From Eledone cirrhosa (taxonomy: Eukaryota): a DNA stretch of 64,000 nucleotides. The position numbers were made by a program, and so were the translations under genes. Position 1 is the stretch's first letter, and each line of letters opens with the position of its first letter. The notes below the pieces were generated by a model. The model ran no database searches, was not told the DNA's origin, and saw only the letters and a list, made by a program, of their open reading frames with translations. The DNA lies in NCBI GenBank assembly GCA_964016885.1, contig OZ024740.1, positions 90,892,001 to 90,956,000 of the forward strand. Reading direction: 5' to 3'. This document shows positions 25,400-39,036 of this stretch, piece by piece.

Positions 25400-27520
25400 G
25401 TTCTCAGCAATAGATGCCAAACACCAATTAAATGTTATCCAGTTAGACATAGATAGCTATTACGCGACGGTATCTCCGATACTAGTTAATAAGGCCCTAA
25501 TAAGTGCCATGGCCAGATCTAGCCTCACTATGTACGAGCCAACCTCATAGTAGCAGCCAGAAATACGCTAATTAGTTTCGAAGACAAGTTATGGGAGAGG
25601 AGGGACAGGCCCGACAGTTTCGATATCACCATGGGGTCAAGTGACTCGGCACAGGCGACCGACCTGGTGAGGATGTATCTCATCCATAGGCTGAGGAGCA
25701 GATCCCGGGGATCGGAGGTGAAATATAGAGAGATGACGCACTTTTCACCTTCCCTACCTTTAACCCCAGTCAGATGAAGCGCATGAGGAAGCGCATATCG
25801 CATTTTTTTAAACAACACGGCTTATCCGTGACCATTGACACTAGCACTAAGACGGTCAATTTCCTGGACGTTACCTTGGAAATGAATACGGGCATCCACA
25901 CACCGTACCGTAAGCCCAACGAAAACCTGCAATATGTGAACAAGCAATCAAATCACACTAAGTCAGTCATAGAAGACATAGTTAAAGGGGTGTCAAAACG
26001 CGTATCCACCCTGTCGTCGAACGCAGAAGTGTTTAAATAGCACGCCGAATGTTTTAATGAGGCACTGCACAGGGCCGATTACAAAGACACCATAGTATAT
26101 ACCCCAGATAGAGTAGAATATAACGATATGTCGTGCATAAATGCCAATAGCGAGGGCGCTTCCCTAGGTAGAAGAATTGACCTGGTAGCATAGCCAGGAA
26201 CACAAAAAACACTACTACTAACTTTAATGACACAGGACCGACCCGAGATAGGACTAAGGCACCCATGGGAGCCAGACTACCCGGTGTGCGGAGGTATAGG
26301 CATGGCACGCACACGGCATACTCGGTTTAACCTGGGATCTTGGACAGAACTTCGACAAATAAAAACGGGAACACGCCACGGAGCAGGAACAGCCTAGTGC
26401 TAGTGCCACAGCACTGACAATAGCATCACATAGACATAAGGGGAATAGACTTATAGATGACCACATACAAGGAGGTAAATTTACAACTGTAGAACATAAC
26501 CACGAGGAACGTAGCAGGCAAATAGACAGGGACAACACACGAGACGAAATTGAGCTGGGGAAGAGGACTGGACCGACACCGAGCTCTAGACACAACAACA
26601 CGAATCCACGCACACGAAGAAACAGATCTAAGGCCGTTTCCTGGTTCAATGCGCCTTACTCTAAACATGTACGCACCAACCTGCCAGATCTTTTCTTCCG
26701 CGCGCTGGATGAGTGCTCTCCAACGACAAATAAGTACCACAAAATCTTCAACCGCCACACGGTGAAATTTTCCTTCTCCACGGCGCCGAATATGACAGAT
26801 TTCATGGCTAGAACTAACGCGGTGAAGATGGCGCACACTGGCCGTCAACCGCGTCGACAGAGTGACCGGTTTTCGGAGCGCGGAGAACCAACTATGGACC
26901 CGCCCTCAAATGACAACCCGACCACCAAGGCGACCAGTGTGCCCGCCGAGGGCGATATGGTCCAACACTGAGAGAGAAATAGTGGCACGAGGGGGACAAA
27001 TGTGTCGGCGGTGCAACACACCGAGAACCCTGAGATGGCCATAACAGATCGGGGCCCGGACATCGGAGGCACAGGTAATGACAACAGAACTTGCAACTGT
27101 AGAGCGAGCACCCAGTGAACCCTAAAGGGAAAAATGCTTAATGAAAGACTTAGTATACAAGTGTGTGGATACAACCCAGAATGCACATCGAACCTATATC
27201 GGGGCAACATCAACGCCCTTTAGTCGCGGATGTTTAATCACACGAATTCCTTCAGGGACCGTAGCGAAGGCATTCCACTTGGTTAGCGGACCTCGTGTGG
27301 GACCTGAAAGACCACAGCACTCCATACGCCCTGGAATGGAGTATCGTTCGCCACGCGCCTGCATATTAGGCCGGAAGTAGAAAGTGCCGACTGTTCCCAC
27401 ACGAGGCCATGGAGATAGTCAGACTGAAGGAGGACGCCGTCAACCTGAAGTCTGAAATTATCATGACCTGCAGACACCAGAGAAGATGCACTTTTGCAGC
27501 ATGGAATCCGCCGGGTGACG
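25400..27520 (+). pseudogene. Decayed PLE RT/GIY-YIG (mirror GIY-YIG part 24848-25345 on -)
   Basis: IQLDIDSYY, FDITMGS, YRDD-like, VNFLDVTL, KPN..QYVN.QSNH, CNC, LVYKC..TYIGA..FKSR..NH, CRLC; many stops and frameshifts. Confidence 0.9.
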
Positions 27521-28470
27521 CAGCCAGGGGGCACGAGAATGAGAACGTAGAGACCCGATTGAAGTAGCGGAATTAGGGGACCTGACGACATACCCTGATG
27601 ACGAAGTCCGACCCGCAGGGCAATTACATGTAGACCGAGTAAGCACATGACCGGGCACGCAACATTGGAAGATGCACCGCATGGGCCGGGACTGGCTGAC
27701 ACGGGGCCCACTGCCGCCCGGACCTGTGCACTAAACGTTTAGAACAGCACACCCCAGACACGGTGCCATGCAGCATGGCGACCGTGGCGGGCGTCACATT
27801 GAATGTGTACACCGTCAATCGGGACTATATACTCTACACCTGCTCCATGTTGGAATAGTGATCGTTAATATTGTTATATCATTGTTTTGTTACTATACAC
27901 GGACACGAGCTTGCATCTCATAATGCCTGTGTGTAATACGTCACTTGGACGCATGCACCTTCTCCTATAACCCCTCCCCCCATGTTTCTTTTTTTCTTTT
28001 TTTTCTTCTTTTTTTCTTCTTTTTTTTCTTTTTTTCTTTTTTTCTTTTTTTCTTTTTTTTTCTTTTTTTCCTTTTTCTTTTTCTATTTTACCTGTTCCTT
28101 TATTTTACCTCTTCATTTCCTGTACCTATTTATACAGTTACATACAGTTTTAATTTACCCTAACATATTGTAAATTTATTTACGTATTTTATTTTATTAT
28201 CATATTGTGTTTATGTTCACGGGTTTTTTTATGTGTGGAGATGTGTGTGGGTATATGTGTGTGTGTGTAGATGCGTATGTATGTGTATATATATATATGC
28301 GTGGGTGGGTGTTGGGGTATGTGTATGGGCATGGGTGCGTGGGTGCACTAGCTTATACGCGCCTGTATGTGCGGACATGTGCATATATATACATATGTGG
28401 AAGAATGTGGGTGTATGTGTGTGTGGGGGGTGTATACGTGTGTCTATATATGAGCATATATATGTATACG

Positions 28471-28502
<32 letters not shown>

Positions 28503-28992
28503 TATATGTGTATGAGTGAGTAAGTACGTATTTGCTACATATGAGTAGGTGTGTGTGTGTGCGGGCGGGTAAGTGTGAGTACTTATATGTGGATGTGTAT
28601 GGGTGTATATATGTGGATGTGTGGGTGCAGTTGCATGCATTTACGGGCTCTATATGTGTGTATATGTATTTGTGCATACATGTATGTGTCTATGTGCATC
28701 TCTCGGGAATGTATGCGGATGTTTATATATCGACTATATATATTTTTTTCTTTATTATTATTATTATTCATGTTGTATTATTTTGTCACATATCCTCTAT
28801 ACATACCCGTATATATGCGTATATGTACATAAGAGTCTGTGTACATGTGCGTATATTTATGTGTGTATGTATATATATGCGTAGTGCGTATATATGTGTG
28901 TGTGTGTGTGTGTGTATGTGTATACATTTATAATAGGGGGAGTTATATATATATATATATCTCTGTATATATGTATATATATATATAGTTCT

Positions 28993-29075
28993 GTATTGCC
29001 TTGTCCGATGAAGGAATGAGGACGTTTTTTGTATTCGTCTTATTCGGGAAACCTCTGGCAATGAGGTAGTTATAC
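28993..29075 (+). ncRNA. Hammerhead-like motif with CCGAUGA core (mirror ~23378-23460 on -)
   Basis: CCGATGA-..GAATGAGGACG..CGTCTTATTC..-GAA-ACCTC tggcaat GAGGT-A; stem I weak. Confidence 0.6.
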
Positions 29076-29579
29076 TCTATTGTTTATTATACATATAATT
29101 TCGTCTGGTACTTACATAGAGCACTCTTCACTCCTATGAATTTTTCAATTTTCAATGGAAACTTCAATACTTATATATATATATATATATGTGTGTATAT
29201 GTGTATGTATATGTATACCACATTGTATATTATATTTCATTCTATATTTTTCTTATGTTATTATACTGTTTTATGTTATTATCTGTTTATTGCATAATGT
29301 AATTTGAAACTGTACAGCTGTGTTTATATATGTACATGTATATGTGTTGGCACTTATGTGTGTGTAGGCAGATGTGCATACGTGTAGGTGTATCCATGCG
29401 GCAGCATGTATGCGTACGCATGTGTAGATGTATGTTAGTATTTGTATGTATATGTGTGGATGTGCGTATGCATGCTAATTTGTCTTTTTTTCTTTGTGTG
29501 TATATATGTATATATATGTATGTATATATGGGGATGTGTGTGTGTGTGTAGGTACGTGTGTAGGCGATGTTTATAAACG

Positions 29580-29709
29580 GAAAAAATGAAACAACATTTC
29601 ATTTCCCACTCTTAGTACGGCTGTTACTTAAATATAAGAAGTTCGTACACGTACATACATATATGTATACAGACATACAGTAGTATGTATACATATATAT
29701 ACATATATG

Positions 29710-29808
<99 letters not shown>

Positions 29809-29983
29809 GTATGGATTCACCGAACATTTATTATAATGCTTGGTGTGTTTGTAAACAAACATCCCGTATTAAGCCGTAGTGTCTAGCTACCATCGTTGCT
29901 CGTTTGTTCAACGCTGACAAAGGAACGCTGTACTAGTTTCAAGCTTATTAGCTATCGTCAGCAACGTATACCTTCCTGCCAGA
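29580..29983 (-). mobile_element. Fragment of the retrozyme-like family with HHR at 29925-29967
   Basis: Matches 4885-5330; ACGTTG-CTGACGA-T-AGCT aata AGCT-T-GAA-ACTAGT-A-CAGCGT; cut off where the LINE begins. Confidence 0.85.
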
Positions 29984-29984
29984 T

Positions 29985-32900
29985 TGTTTGGCATCTCCAT
30001 GCCATCTAACAGCGTGCGCCGGAAGGTGTGACAGGTATAGTTTTTAGGAAGTTGGTTTGAACCAGTCCTTGAGATTTATAAAAATTGGGACGTGGTTACG
30101 ATCAGTTTAGCCACTCTCATCCGAAAATGGGCAGATAGGAAACTATCTCTGAAAGGTCGATCGGAAGTGACAAAAGCATACATGCGTTCGTCATGGACTA
30201 CCATTTGACTGTCTTGCTTTGCTTATATTCTCCCTAAACAGTGAAAAGAGAGACTCGTTCGTTGACGGTTCTGCTGTCCTAGGTGACTGAGACTGGGTGT
30301 GTGGCATCTGGAATGTTGCCACGTGCTCACTGCTCTCTACCAGACGGGCAATGCCGTCAGTTGGACCTACATTAGAATTCTCTAGAATCTTAACAACCAC
30401 ACTCTCGTATAACTCTGGACTTCGACCAAATAGAACTGACCTGTCTGTCCTGGAATATTTCGAGCAGAGGACTATGGATAACTTCCCGAAACCCTGCTGG
30501 GCACTGCCGGTTCGAGATTAAGTTTACAGGCACGGAATTGCTGTCAAAAAAGTCACTAACACTTCCCAGGCAAAAGACGAGGCTGCACCGAAGTGTCTCA
30601 GAGACGATACAGAATATATAGCGACAGGTAGACAATACGGTATCACCTCGGTGTGCTGTTTAAGTCGGAGGCCCTCGCTTTAAAGCACTCGATGATACCT
30701 TGCAAAACCAGCAAGGTTATAATGTACCACTCCCACATGGGCAAAATAACTGTTAGAGTTTGCATTCCCAGTACTCCACTAGGTATAGATATGTGGTGGC
30801 TCTTAGGATGCGTGATTGTAGAGGGGGCAGATGGCGTCCCAATAAATGTACCAGAACAACCAGAGAGAACTTGACCAGGGTTGATCTGCATATACTACTC
30901 CAGATATATCCTGAAGAACTAAGGACATTCCCGGAGCAGATCGTTCTCTAAAACGGGTTGATTCTACAAGTAATGGCCTAGGGCAAAAAGTCGAGCTGTC
31001 TCTGTTAAGGCAAAACAACACACTTGCGAGCCTTCTGCATTCAACTATTGAAATATGCAAGTGGTTGAACGTCTGCGCTGCTGCCAACATGGAGCCTCAA
31101 CAACAACTGTAACAGCCAAAAATAACAGCACCAGCACCAAATTCAGTAACTGCTTCACCAGCGACAGCACCAGTAAAACCAACAATACCATAGGCAACAG
31201 CCATAGAACCACCACGACCAACAGCAACTGCAAAGTTTACTAACACCACACAGGGTCACACCATAGAAGCTATCCTGCTCGCCACCTCTCGAACACACAC
31301 ACACACCCATACACACTCCCACTTACATCTGACACAAGCACAGCAACCTCTTCATTACTGAGCGAATATAAGATGGAACACTTAAGGCCAAAAACAAAAA
31401 AAGAAAACACAAGAAGAAATATCACACACCATACAACCAACAGCAAAAAAAGAAGACACACTCGCACCGAACACAGAAAAACATACTACAACACTCACCC
31501 ACGCAACAACACAACCGTCACACAAACACCACTTCCACCAAAAAACACAACATATATCACAAGCTAAAAAAACAAACACAGCAACAACTGACAACCACAA
31601 TACCTAACCTTGTGTTTGTTAGAAAATCGAACTCAAAATTAGTGAACCTCATAACACGAAGGAAGGAGATAGAGAAGGAGGTGGAGGCTTTTAGCTCCTG
31701 CCCCTTCAGTGTGTCCACAAACACTTTTGCTGGTGCTGATGGCATTAGACAATTACAAAATAATCATGGAGAGCTTCCCAAACGACGTGGGAACACCCAG
31801 TTTAAAGGCCTCAAGTAGGCTTTTAAATAGGTTCCGAAAAGTAGCCCACCAACCAGGTATGGAAGTCGGAACACCCAACCTCCAATAGCATCGTGAGTGT
31901 AAGTAAAGTCTCTTTATCCCTTCTGACCAACATGGGGGTGTTAAGTGCGGGATGCATAAATGTTCATGACCTTGGTTCTGCCTGGGAGCAAGGCCGCTTG
32001 CTCATCGATCTCAGGTCCCTAGCCGTGGAGGTGACAGCCACCAGCGAGTCCAGGATTCCCGACATACGCACGAACCCCTATTTGTAATGACTTTGATCTC
32101 TACGCATCTCTTAGTCGGCCTGGGATGTGAGGCAGGGTGGCAGTGCTGTTTAGGTAAGTCCTAGGTCTCGTGGAACGGACGATCTCCCGGGACCCGGACG
32201 GAAAGCTGGCGGTTCTAGATGTAAACAATAGTGAACGTGGTGCTTTTAGATCAGTGGCTGGGGAAGGAAGGCCAGATATCTTTAGGCGTCTGGAAGCCTT
32301 TCTAGGAACGTCATACTCGCTAGGTTTATTGGGGGACTGGAATGGCATATTGGAAGCACGCTGGGACTGTGTGAGAGTTTCCTATATAAGCGGTGATTGA
32401 AAAATCCTCAAAACCTGATCAGCCATTTTCACCTGTCTGACAGGTATCGACTAGATTTCCATAATGCGTCAGTGTGGACCTGGCCAAACCTTTTAGGAAA
32501 ATCTAGATCGTACTTACATAGGTTTTTTAGTAGATTAGTGGATAAAGATAGTGTAGGGTGTCCACAATTACATACAGTCGCCTATTCAGACCACCAATTT
32601 GGGATCTGCATTGTTGACCTAGATAGAACACGTAGACAGGGGCCCGTTTACTGGAAGCTTATCTTGTCGTTCCTGGCACATGAAGTCTACAACGACCGGA
32701 TTAGTAAATTAGTTACGCTGCTTTTGACAGGCTCCATCGTCAACAGCAAGTGGTGGGGTGCTCTCAAGACAGCGATTAGAGTAGAACATATATCTTTAAG
32801 TAAAGAAGTAGCGATAGGAAGAAATAAAATGGAGGGGGAGTTAGTAATTAAATTAGATGAGGAGATAATGAGTGGCATTACAACCGACGAACTAGCTGCG

Positions 32901-34118
32901 AGAATGGCACTAGACCATTTGTTTAATGCGAAACACAAAGGCTGCATTGTTAGAGATAAGATGCGTGCTCTAGGAAACGAGGGAACGAAAGCTGTTCGAT
33001 GGGTACGAGTTCTGGAGGCGCTTTGAAACGCGGATAAATTCGTCTTCCCTTGCATATATTCCCCCTAAACGTTAAACTGGTGTGGTCGCCATTTTTCGGA
33101 GGCTGGCTTTCCGCATCTCGGCATTTTGACAGCGCCGCAGTCCTGCGTCAAGAAGAGATCGAGAATGGGCAACTGGTATCTGGAATATTGCCATGTGCTC
33201 ACTGTCCTATACCAGGCGGGAAATGCGGTTAGTGAAACGCCCACTGAAGTGTTCTGTAGAGGATTAGTGGTGGGATAGTGCCACTATGCTCTCGGAGAGA
33301 TACAAGGCATCGACGGGAAAGAACGAGCAAGTCTTTTACGGAGACTATGGACCATTTCCAGAAATCCCTCGCTTGGCAGTGCGACCGGGGAGCGCTGCCG
33401 GTTTGAGATAAACTCTATAGGTAGGGTAGTGCTGTCAGACGGAGCTGCCTGAGATGAGCTCATTGCGACGAAACACGTTTTGCACGTACTCGTCCAGTGC
33501 CCGTGTTTTGCTGACGTATGGAGATATATCGGACAGCTGTTACCGCGTGTGAGACCAATCCGGTTATCGACCGAGTCCATAGTGAAGATCGCCCCGCCAC
33601 CCTCTTTTGGCCGGAAAGAGCAAGCAATTATCATCTGTCTAATAGCTGTTGCGAAATATGTTGTGTGGTGGACGTGAATGAAATGTCTGAAGACAGACAC
33701 TTTCCTCTGCGGCCAATCCCGCTTTATATTTCTCAAGTTCCACTTGGAGAGCAGGTTAAGAGTGGAGAGAGAAATGTTGCCCACCTGATCATTATTTAAA
33801 AGGTGGATGATTGCTGTTAGCATGGCCCGTGTGAATGAGCCCACTCTGATCTTGCGCCTGTAGACTAGAAGTATGGAGAGAGAGAGGGGAACCATCCTAG
33901 TGTGCTCTTGGATATGAGGTTGGCTTGGTAATTTTGGGGTTCCTAACATCATCCCTGGGTGGTATGCCCCCCACCCCCGATTGGGTAATTCTGGCGTTGA
34001 TAATTTTTGGTAATTTGTTTTTGTTTATAATTTTTACCCGATTATATGCAATCCCCCACTGTCTTCTGTCTTTGTATTGTCCTCTAGCTTCGGCTCTTGT
34101 GGCCAATAATAAATAAAT
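29985..34118 (+). mobile_element. Decayed, internally deleted Tx1/L1-type LINE
   Basis: APE motifs (GCINV..L, GDWNGIL, SDH, YWKL) 31900-33030; C-terminal H.L.QCP 33480; homologous to 39812-45576; AATAAA ~34108. Confidence 0.85.
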
Positions 34119-34209
34119 AATTATTGTCATTATTATTATTTGTCATTATTATTAATGCACTGGGTAATTTACTGGCCTTGTGCCAAACGTAGAAACAATT
34201 ATTATTATA

Positions 34210-34407
34210 GGCGGTGGATTGGCAGTATCGGTAGAAGGTCAGACGTCACGCTTTGACCCATAGAGTTACGGCCCTTGTCATTCTGATCTCAAATCCTGCC
34301 GTGGTTAAGTTTGCCTTTCATCCTTATGGAGTCGATAAAATAAAGTACCATTAATGTACTGTGTAATTGCTGGCCTTGTGCCAAAAGTAGAAACAATTAT
34401 TATTATT
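34210..34407 (+). mobile_element. tRNA-derived SINE (octopus OK/Nin-domain-like); 3' fragment of another copy at ~34155-34207
   Basis: GGCGGTGGATTGGCAGTATCGG A-box-like head, TCAAATCC B-box-like, TTCATCCTT..GTCGATAAAATAAAGTACC core, (TTA)n tail. Confidence 0.85.
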
Positions 34408-37400
34408 TTTCTTTGAGTCTTAGTCATTGATGTTATTTAAATAGAGGGGTGGATTGGCAGTATCGGTAGAGAGTCGGACAACATGCTTTGAAGCATAGAG
34501 TTACGTCCCTTTATGAGCTGAGTTCAAATCCCGCCGTGGCTAACTTTGCCTTTCATCCTTATGGGGTCGATAAAATAAAGTACCAGTAATGTACTGTGTA
34601 ATTGCTGGCATTGTGCCTAAAATAGAAACACTTATTTAAATAGAATGTTTGTTGAAATAAATATCAAGCTGCTACCTGCAGCCTCAGATATTCCGGACGT
34701 ATCGGAGGTATTTTGCTGTTCCCAGCAAGCATGCCTTTTGAAGTGTTCCAAACAGCGGGACTGGACTAATCTTCTTTAACCATCCTTGGAAACTATTTGA
34801 GATAATACCTAGTGCGCCTATGACAATCGGACGACCTTGATTTCATGGCATTACCAAATGCTTTTTAACTCCCACTTTAAGTTTAGTATCAGTTAATTTC
34901 TCCCTCTCCTTTTCTTACACTCTCGTGTCAAATGGTCATGCTACATCTACAATCAGACACGATCTGTTTTTCATTGTCCAAAACCACCAGGTCTATTTTG
35001 TACTAATTTTTTGTCCGTCTGTATCCTAAAATCCAATAATAACTTCACCTGATCGTTTTCTATGACCCACTCTGGCTTATGCTCATACCACTTCTCAGAA
35101 TGTGGTAAATTGTTTACTTTGCATAGGTGCCAGTAGATCACCCTGCCATCACATCATGTCTCCAGCCTATATAGTGAGTCTGGGCTAGGTGTTTACACTC
35201 GGATACAATGTGAGCCACAGTCTCCTCTCTCTCTCCACAGATCCTACACAGTGGGCTAGCCTCCTCCTTGTAAAAATGGTGTTTCACCCACTTCGTTCTT
35301 AGGGTCTGCTCTTGCGCAGCCATTAACATTCCTTCTGTAGCCTATTTAAGGTCTCCTTTTTTTAACCAGTTCCATGTCTGTGGATCTCTAAATTCAGTTT
35401 TCTCAAATAAGGTACGATGAAGGGAGTTTTCATGAAGCTTGCTTTTCTTACTTGTTGTTATTTCCTCCTTGGACATCCCCTGGTTTATTGCCCTCTCCTT
35501 CAGTACAATTCTGAGCATTGGCTCCCTACTTTCACTCCCGTATTTGTGCAGATTGTTTTTCTCCATCTGAACACAGTCCTCTATGCTAATAAGACCTCTT
35601 CCACCTTCACATCTCTTTAAGTAGAGTCTATCGACATCATTCCTCTTGTGGAACATATTGTAGATAGTAAATCGCCTCCTTGTCTTCCTATCCATTTCTT
35701 TTTGCTCAGCATCATTCCATATCAGAATTCACGCACTGTACCTAATAATAGACACAGCACTGGAATTCACTGCACTTATGGCATTCCTACTGTTTAGATG
35801 TGATTTTAGTACGCTCTTTACTCTCCTAATGTATTCAGATCTTATCAATTCCTTGATTTTGTTTTGTTCTTGATGCCATCTGCCTCCAGAACACCTGATT
35901 ATTTGTATCCTTCTTCAGTGTCAATTTCCTTTATCATCTCACATGTTGGTACTTGGATTCCGTTGCTTCTGCTCAATTTAACCCTCTTCATCACTAGAAC
36001 TCCACACTTATTAATACCAAATTGCATACATATATCACTGCTGAATATACGGACAGTGACAACAAGTACATCTAACTCCTTCTCACTCTTCCCAAAGAGT
36101 TTAAGATCGTCCATGAAGAGGAGGAGGTTGCTGGTAAGCTCTCCTTTTCCCAAATTGTATCCTGCTCTCACTTTTCGCAGTATAATGGTCAGGGTTAACA
36201 CGGCAAGGACAAACAACAGAGGGGGCAAACTATCTCCCTGGAAGATACCTCTCTTGATCTTCAAACCTCCCAAGGATTCTCCACCCGATGTTAACTCTGT
36301 TTCCCAGGACTTCATACTTTTGCTCTACACCTGTCTGATGTTATTCTGCCACCTTGAAGATCTCTAGGCTTTTGGTTATCCAAGAATGAGGTACCATCTC
36401 AAATGCCTTTTTGTAATTCATCCATCCCATGGCAAGACCAGTGTGTCTCCTCTTGCAATGCTCATTACCATCTTATCAATAAGTAACTGGACATTTGTAC
36501 CACTGGACTTCTTTCGGCATCCTTTCTGTTCGTCCGGTAACAAGTTGTTTATGTGGAGGTGATGGTAGATTTCCTCAGACACAAAGCTTGTTAACAGTTT
36601 CCACATTACTGACAGACATGTGATAGGTCTACAGTAGGTAAAATAATTACCCCTGATTCGGTCTTTCATTACCAGAACTGTGGTACCTTTTGTCAACCAC
36701 TCTGGTACCTCACCCGACACTAAACAGTTATTGAACATGGTTGTCAGTTTCGGGTGGAGGGATGTTATATTTTTGATCCAATACCCCTGCACATCATCTG
36801 GGCTTGGTGATTTCCAGTTGGTTAGTTTTTTGGCCTGCCCTATAAAGAGTTTCAACTGTGATACTCAAATCAGTTTGTTGGTGTGCTTTATCACTAATCT
36901 CCATTTGTACTGTCTCAATCCACACTGCCTGATCATTAGTTTCAACATCCTGCTCCCATATTCCCCTCCATAATGTCTTAGTCTGTCCGCCTCAGGGATC
37001 AAGTCGTTGCCTTTTTCTTTCCCTTCAAGCTGTCCAAACAACATGTTCTGGTTGTTGTCAAACATGCGGTTCTATCTATACTGACTGACTCTGCTCTCAT
37101 ACCGCCTAATCTTTGCACTCTTTGCTACAATTCGTTGCTTTAGTTCCTCTATGATGATATTTAATTTTTTCACCCTATTGTTGTACTTTATTTCCAGTCT
37201 ATTTTTAGTGTCTATGTTTTCTAGGGTCCCATTCAGTAGGGATTCAAGCTTTCCAATGTCATTTCTCATTTCCTTAATTTGACCATTCAGTCGTTTCTTC
37301 CACCAAGTTTCTGATCTTTCTTGTTTGTTGTTTCCTCTCGATTTTATGCCAAGTAATTTCCTCACCGCATTTGCTGTTGCTTGAGCATATGGTTGCATTG

Positions 37401-38247
37401 GTGAAGGTACCTCACCTCATGGTATTGGATGACTTTGTTTACCTTAACTGTTGTTTCTTTTAACTCATTCCCGTCTAAAACTCTTGTCCTAGCCTGTCAG
37501 CATTCATTTCTTCAATGGTCGTATCTTTGTTCCAGATGTTATTTATTTCAGCATTCAGATCATTGTCTGCTTCGGATGCTTCCTCCGTTCTCTCAACCTC
37601 GTCAGCTTCATTTCCCACTGGCTCGTTTGTCTGGAATCTTCCACTCTCCATTTCTAACCTAATCTCTTTGCTCAGTTCCTCCAGTTCCAACTCGCTTATC
37701 CATCAACTAGTTCTTATTACCCGAGTCTGCCCGGCCAATGTTTGTTTATCTAATTTAAATAAACCAATCTAGTCCAGATGTTATGCATCCGTTTCCTATA
37801 GCCTCTTTTCCTTGGGGTTACTCTTCAGGTAACATTCCATGACAGTTCTATTCAATTCTTTCGTCCAGTGGTTCTTGTCCCTGTCCTTCTTCGTCTTCCT
37901 CCAACAGCAGCAGTGATTGGATGACAGCCAGGCCTCTGCTGCTGGGCCAGGGGGTAATTGCTGGGTGACAATCTATCACAGGACGTTCCAGTCTCCTCTT
38001 CACCGTTATTCGAACTGTTTATTTTCGAATTTAAACACTCATATCGACGATTGGTCAATGTATGGTTACATAATTACCGATGATTTTAGCGTGGCTCCAT
38101 CATGCTGTAGACGAACATAAATAAATAAACAAATAAATACATGAAAACGTAAAAAAATAAACATAAGTTTCATTGTAATGTTTGAATGTCTGATTTATTT
38201 TTTTTGTTTTCTTTATGTTTTTCGTTTCACAAGGCCAGTAACATCGG
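34408..38247 (-). mobile_element. Decayed, near full-length R4/Dong-type non-LTR retrotransposon (RT plus restriction-like endonuclease)
   Basis: WKSPSPD..QGYWIK, RPITCL, EQKGC, GIFQGDSL.PLLF, LLFMDDLKLF, GGRGL, AAQEQ, CRIC..EETV.HIVSEC..LAQ..RHD; 3' end runs into (TAA)n. Confidence 0.88.
34446..34631 (+). mobile_element. Same SINE, inserted in the 3' UTR of the R4/Dong element
   Basis: GAGTTCAAATCC B-box; flanked by 13-bp direct repeat TTATTTAAATAGA. Confidence 0.88.
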
Positions 38248-38486
38248 TTACTAGTGTTGTTGTTGCTGCTGCTGCTGTTTCTGATTTTAGCTAGGTGGGA
38301 AGTAGGGGTTGTTGCGTTCAAAACTTTTGAAATGTGTTGTTGTTATTGGATTTGTTTTAGTCTGTGTTCTGTTCTATAATCTTTCGACTTGTTGCTTATT
38401 ATTATTATTATATTGTAGTTTAGATTTGACATCGTTGAAACTAAACATTTTGAGAGAGTTTAGAGATACAACCATCATTATGTTGG

Positions 38487-38520
<34 letters not shown>

Positions 38521-39036
38521 GATGTTAGCTGTTTGACCAGGTCACTAAATCCGTCTATTTATATCTGTTGATGCTTTCCTCGCTTCTAGTCATGTGTAAT
38601 GACACTACTACCATCCCTCTCTTAACAGGAGGTAGTGAGGGAATAGTGGTGGTAGCGATGATGCAGTGGTGGCGGTGGTGATGGGATAGTAGTACTATAG
38701 TGATGGTGTTGCTGCAGCCTTTGGTTTGTATTTTGTTTGTGGTGGTGGTGTTGGTGGTGAAATTATCTGGCTGTTGTTTGTAACCATTTTTCGTTTTACT
38801 ATAACATTTCTGTGACAAAATTAAATATTAAATATTAGAGCCCTATGCCATAATGTGATGTGTTGTCACTTCCTGAGAGCTACGACTGGTATCTTATGTT
38901 CCATTTGTAATGAGAATTATTCTATCACAATTGTTTTAAATATGTAAACAATCAACAACTTACAGGAGCGATTCCATAACACTCTATCTACCATGTGCGT
39001 ATCTATTATTATATTATTATCGCCACCATTATTATT

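Larger units (their letters stand above)
23281..29172. mobile_element. Decayed Naiad-type PLE family 2: inverted arm (23281-~25400, -) joined to a longer 5'-truncated arm (~25400-29172, +)
   Basis: Termini are reverse complements (AGTATTGAAGTTTCC / GGAAACTTCAATACT); both arms carry GIY-YIG, microsatellite-rich UTR and an HHR-like motif. Confidence 0.9.

Noticed and set aside
27116-27118. TGA at a conserved Cys (CNC.....C), recalling selenocysteine-coding Naiads
   Set aside because: The sister arm has TGC, the next codon is also mutated, a frameshift follows, and I see no SECIS; most likely decay
38030-38247. HDV-like ribozyme expected at the R4/Dong 5' end
   Set aside because: I could not build the nested double pseudoknot by eye
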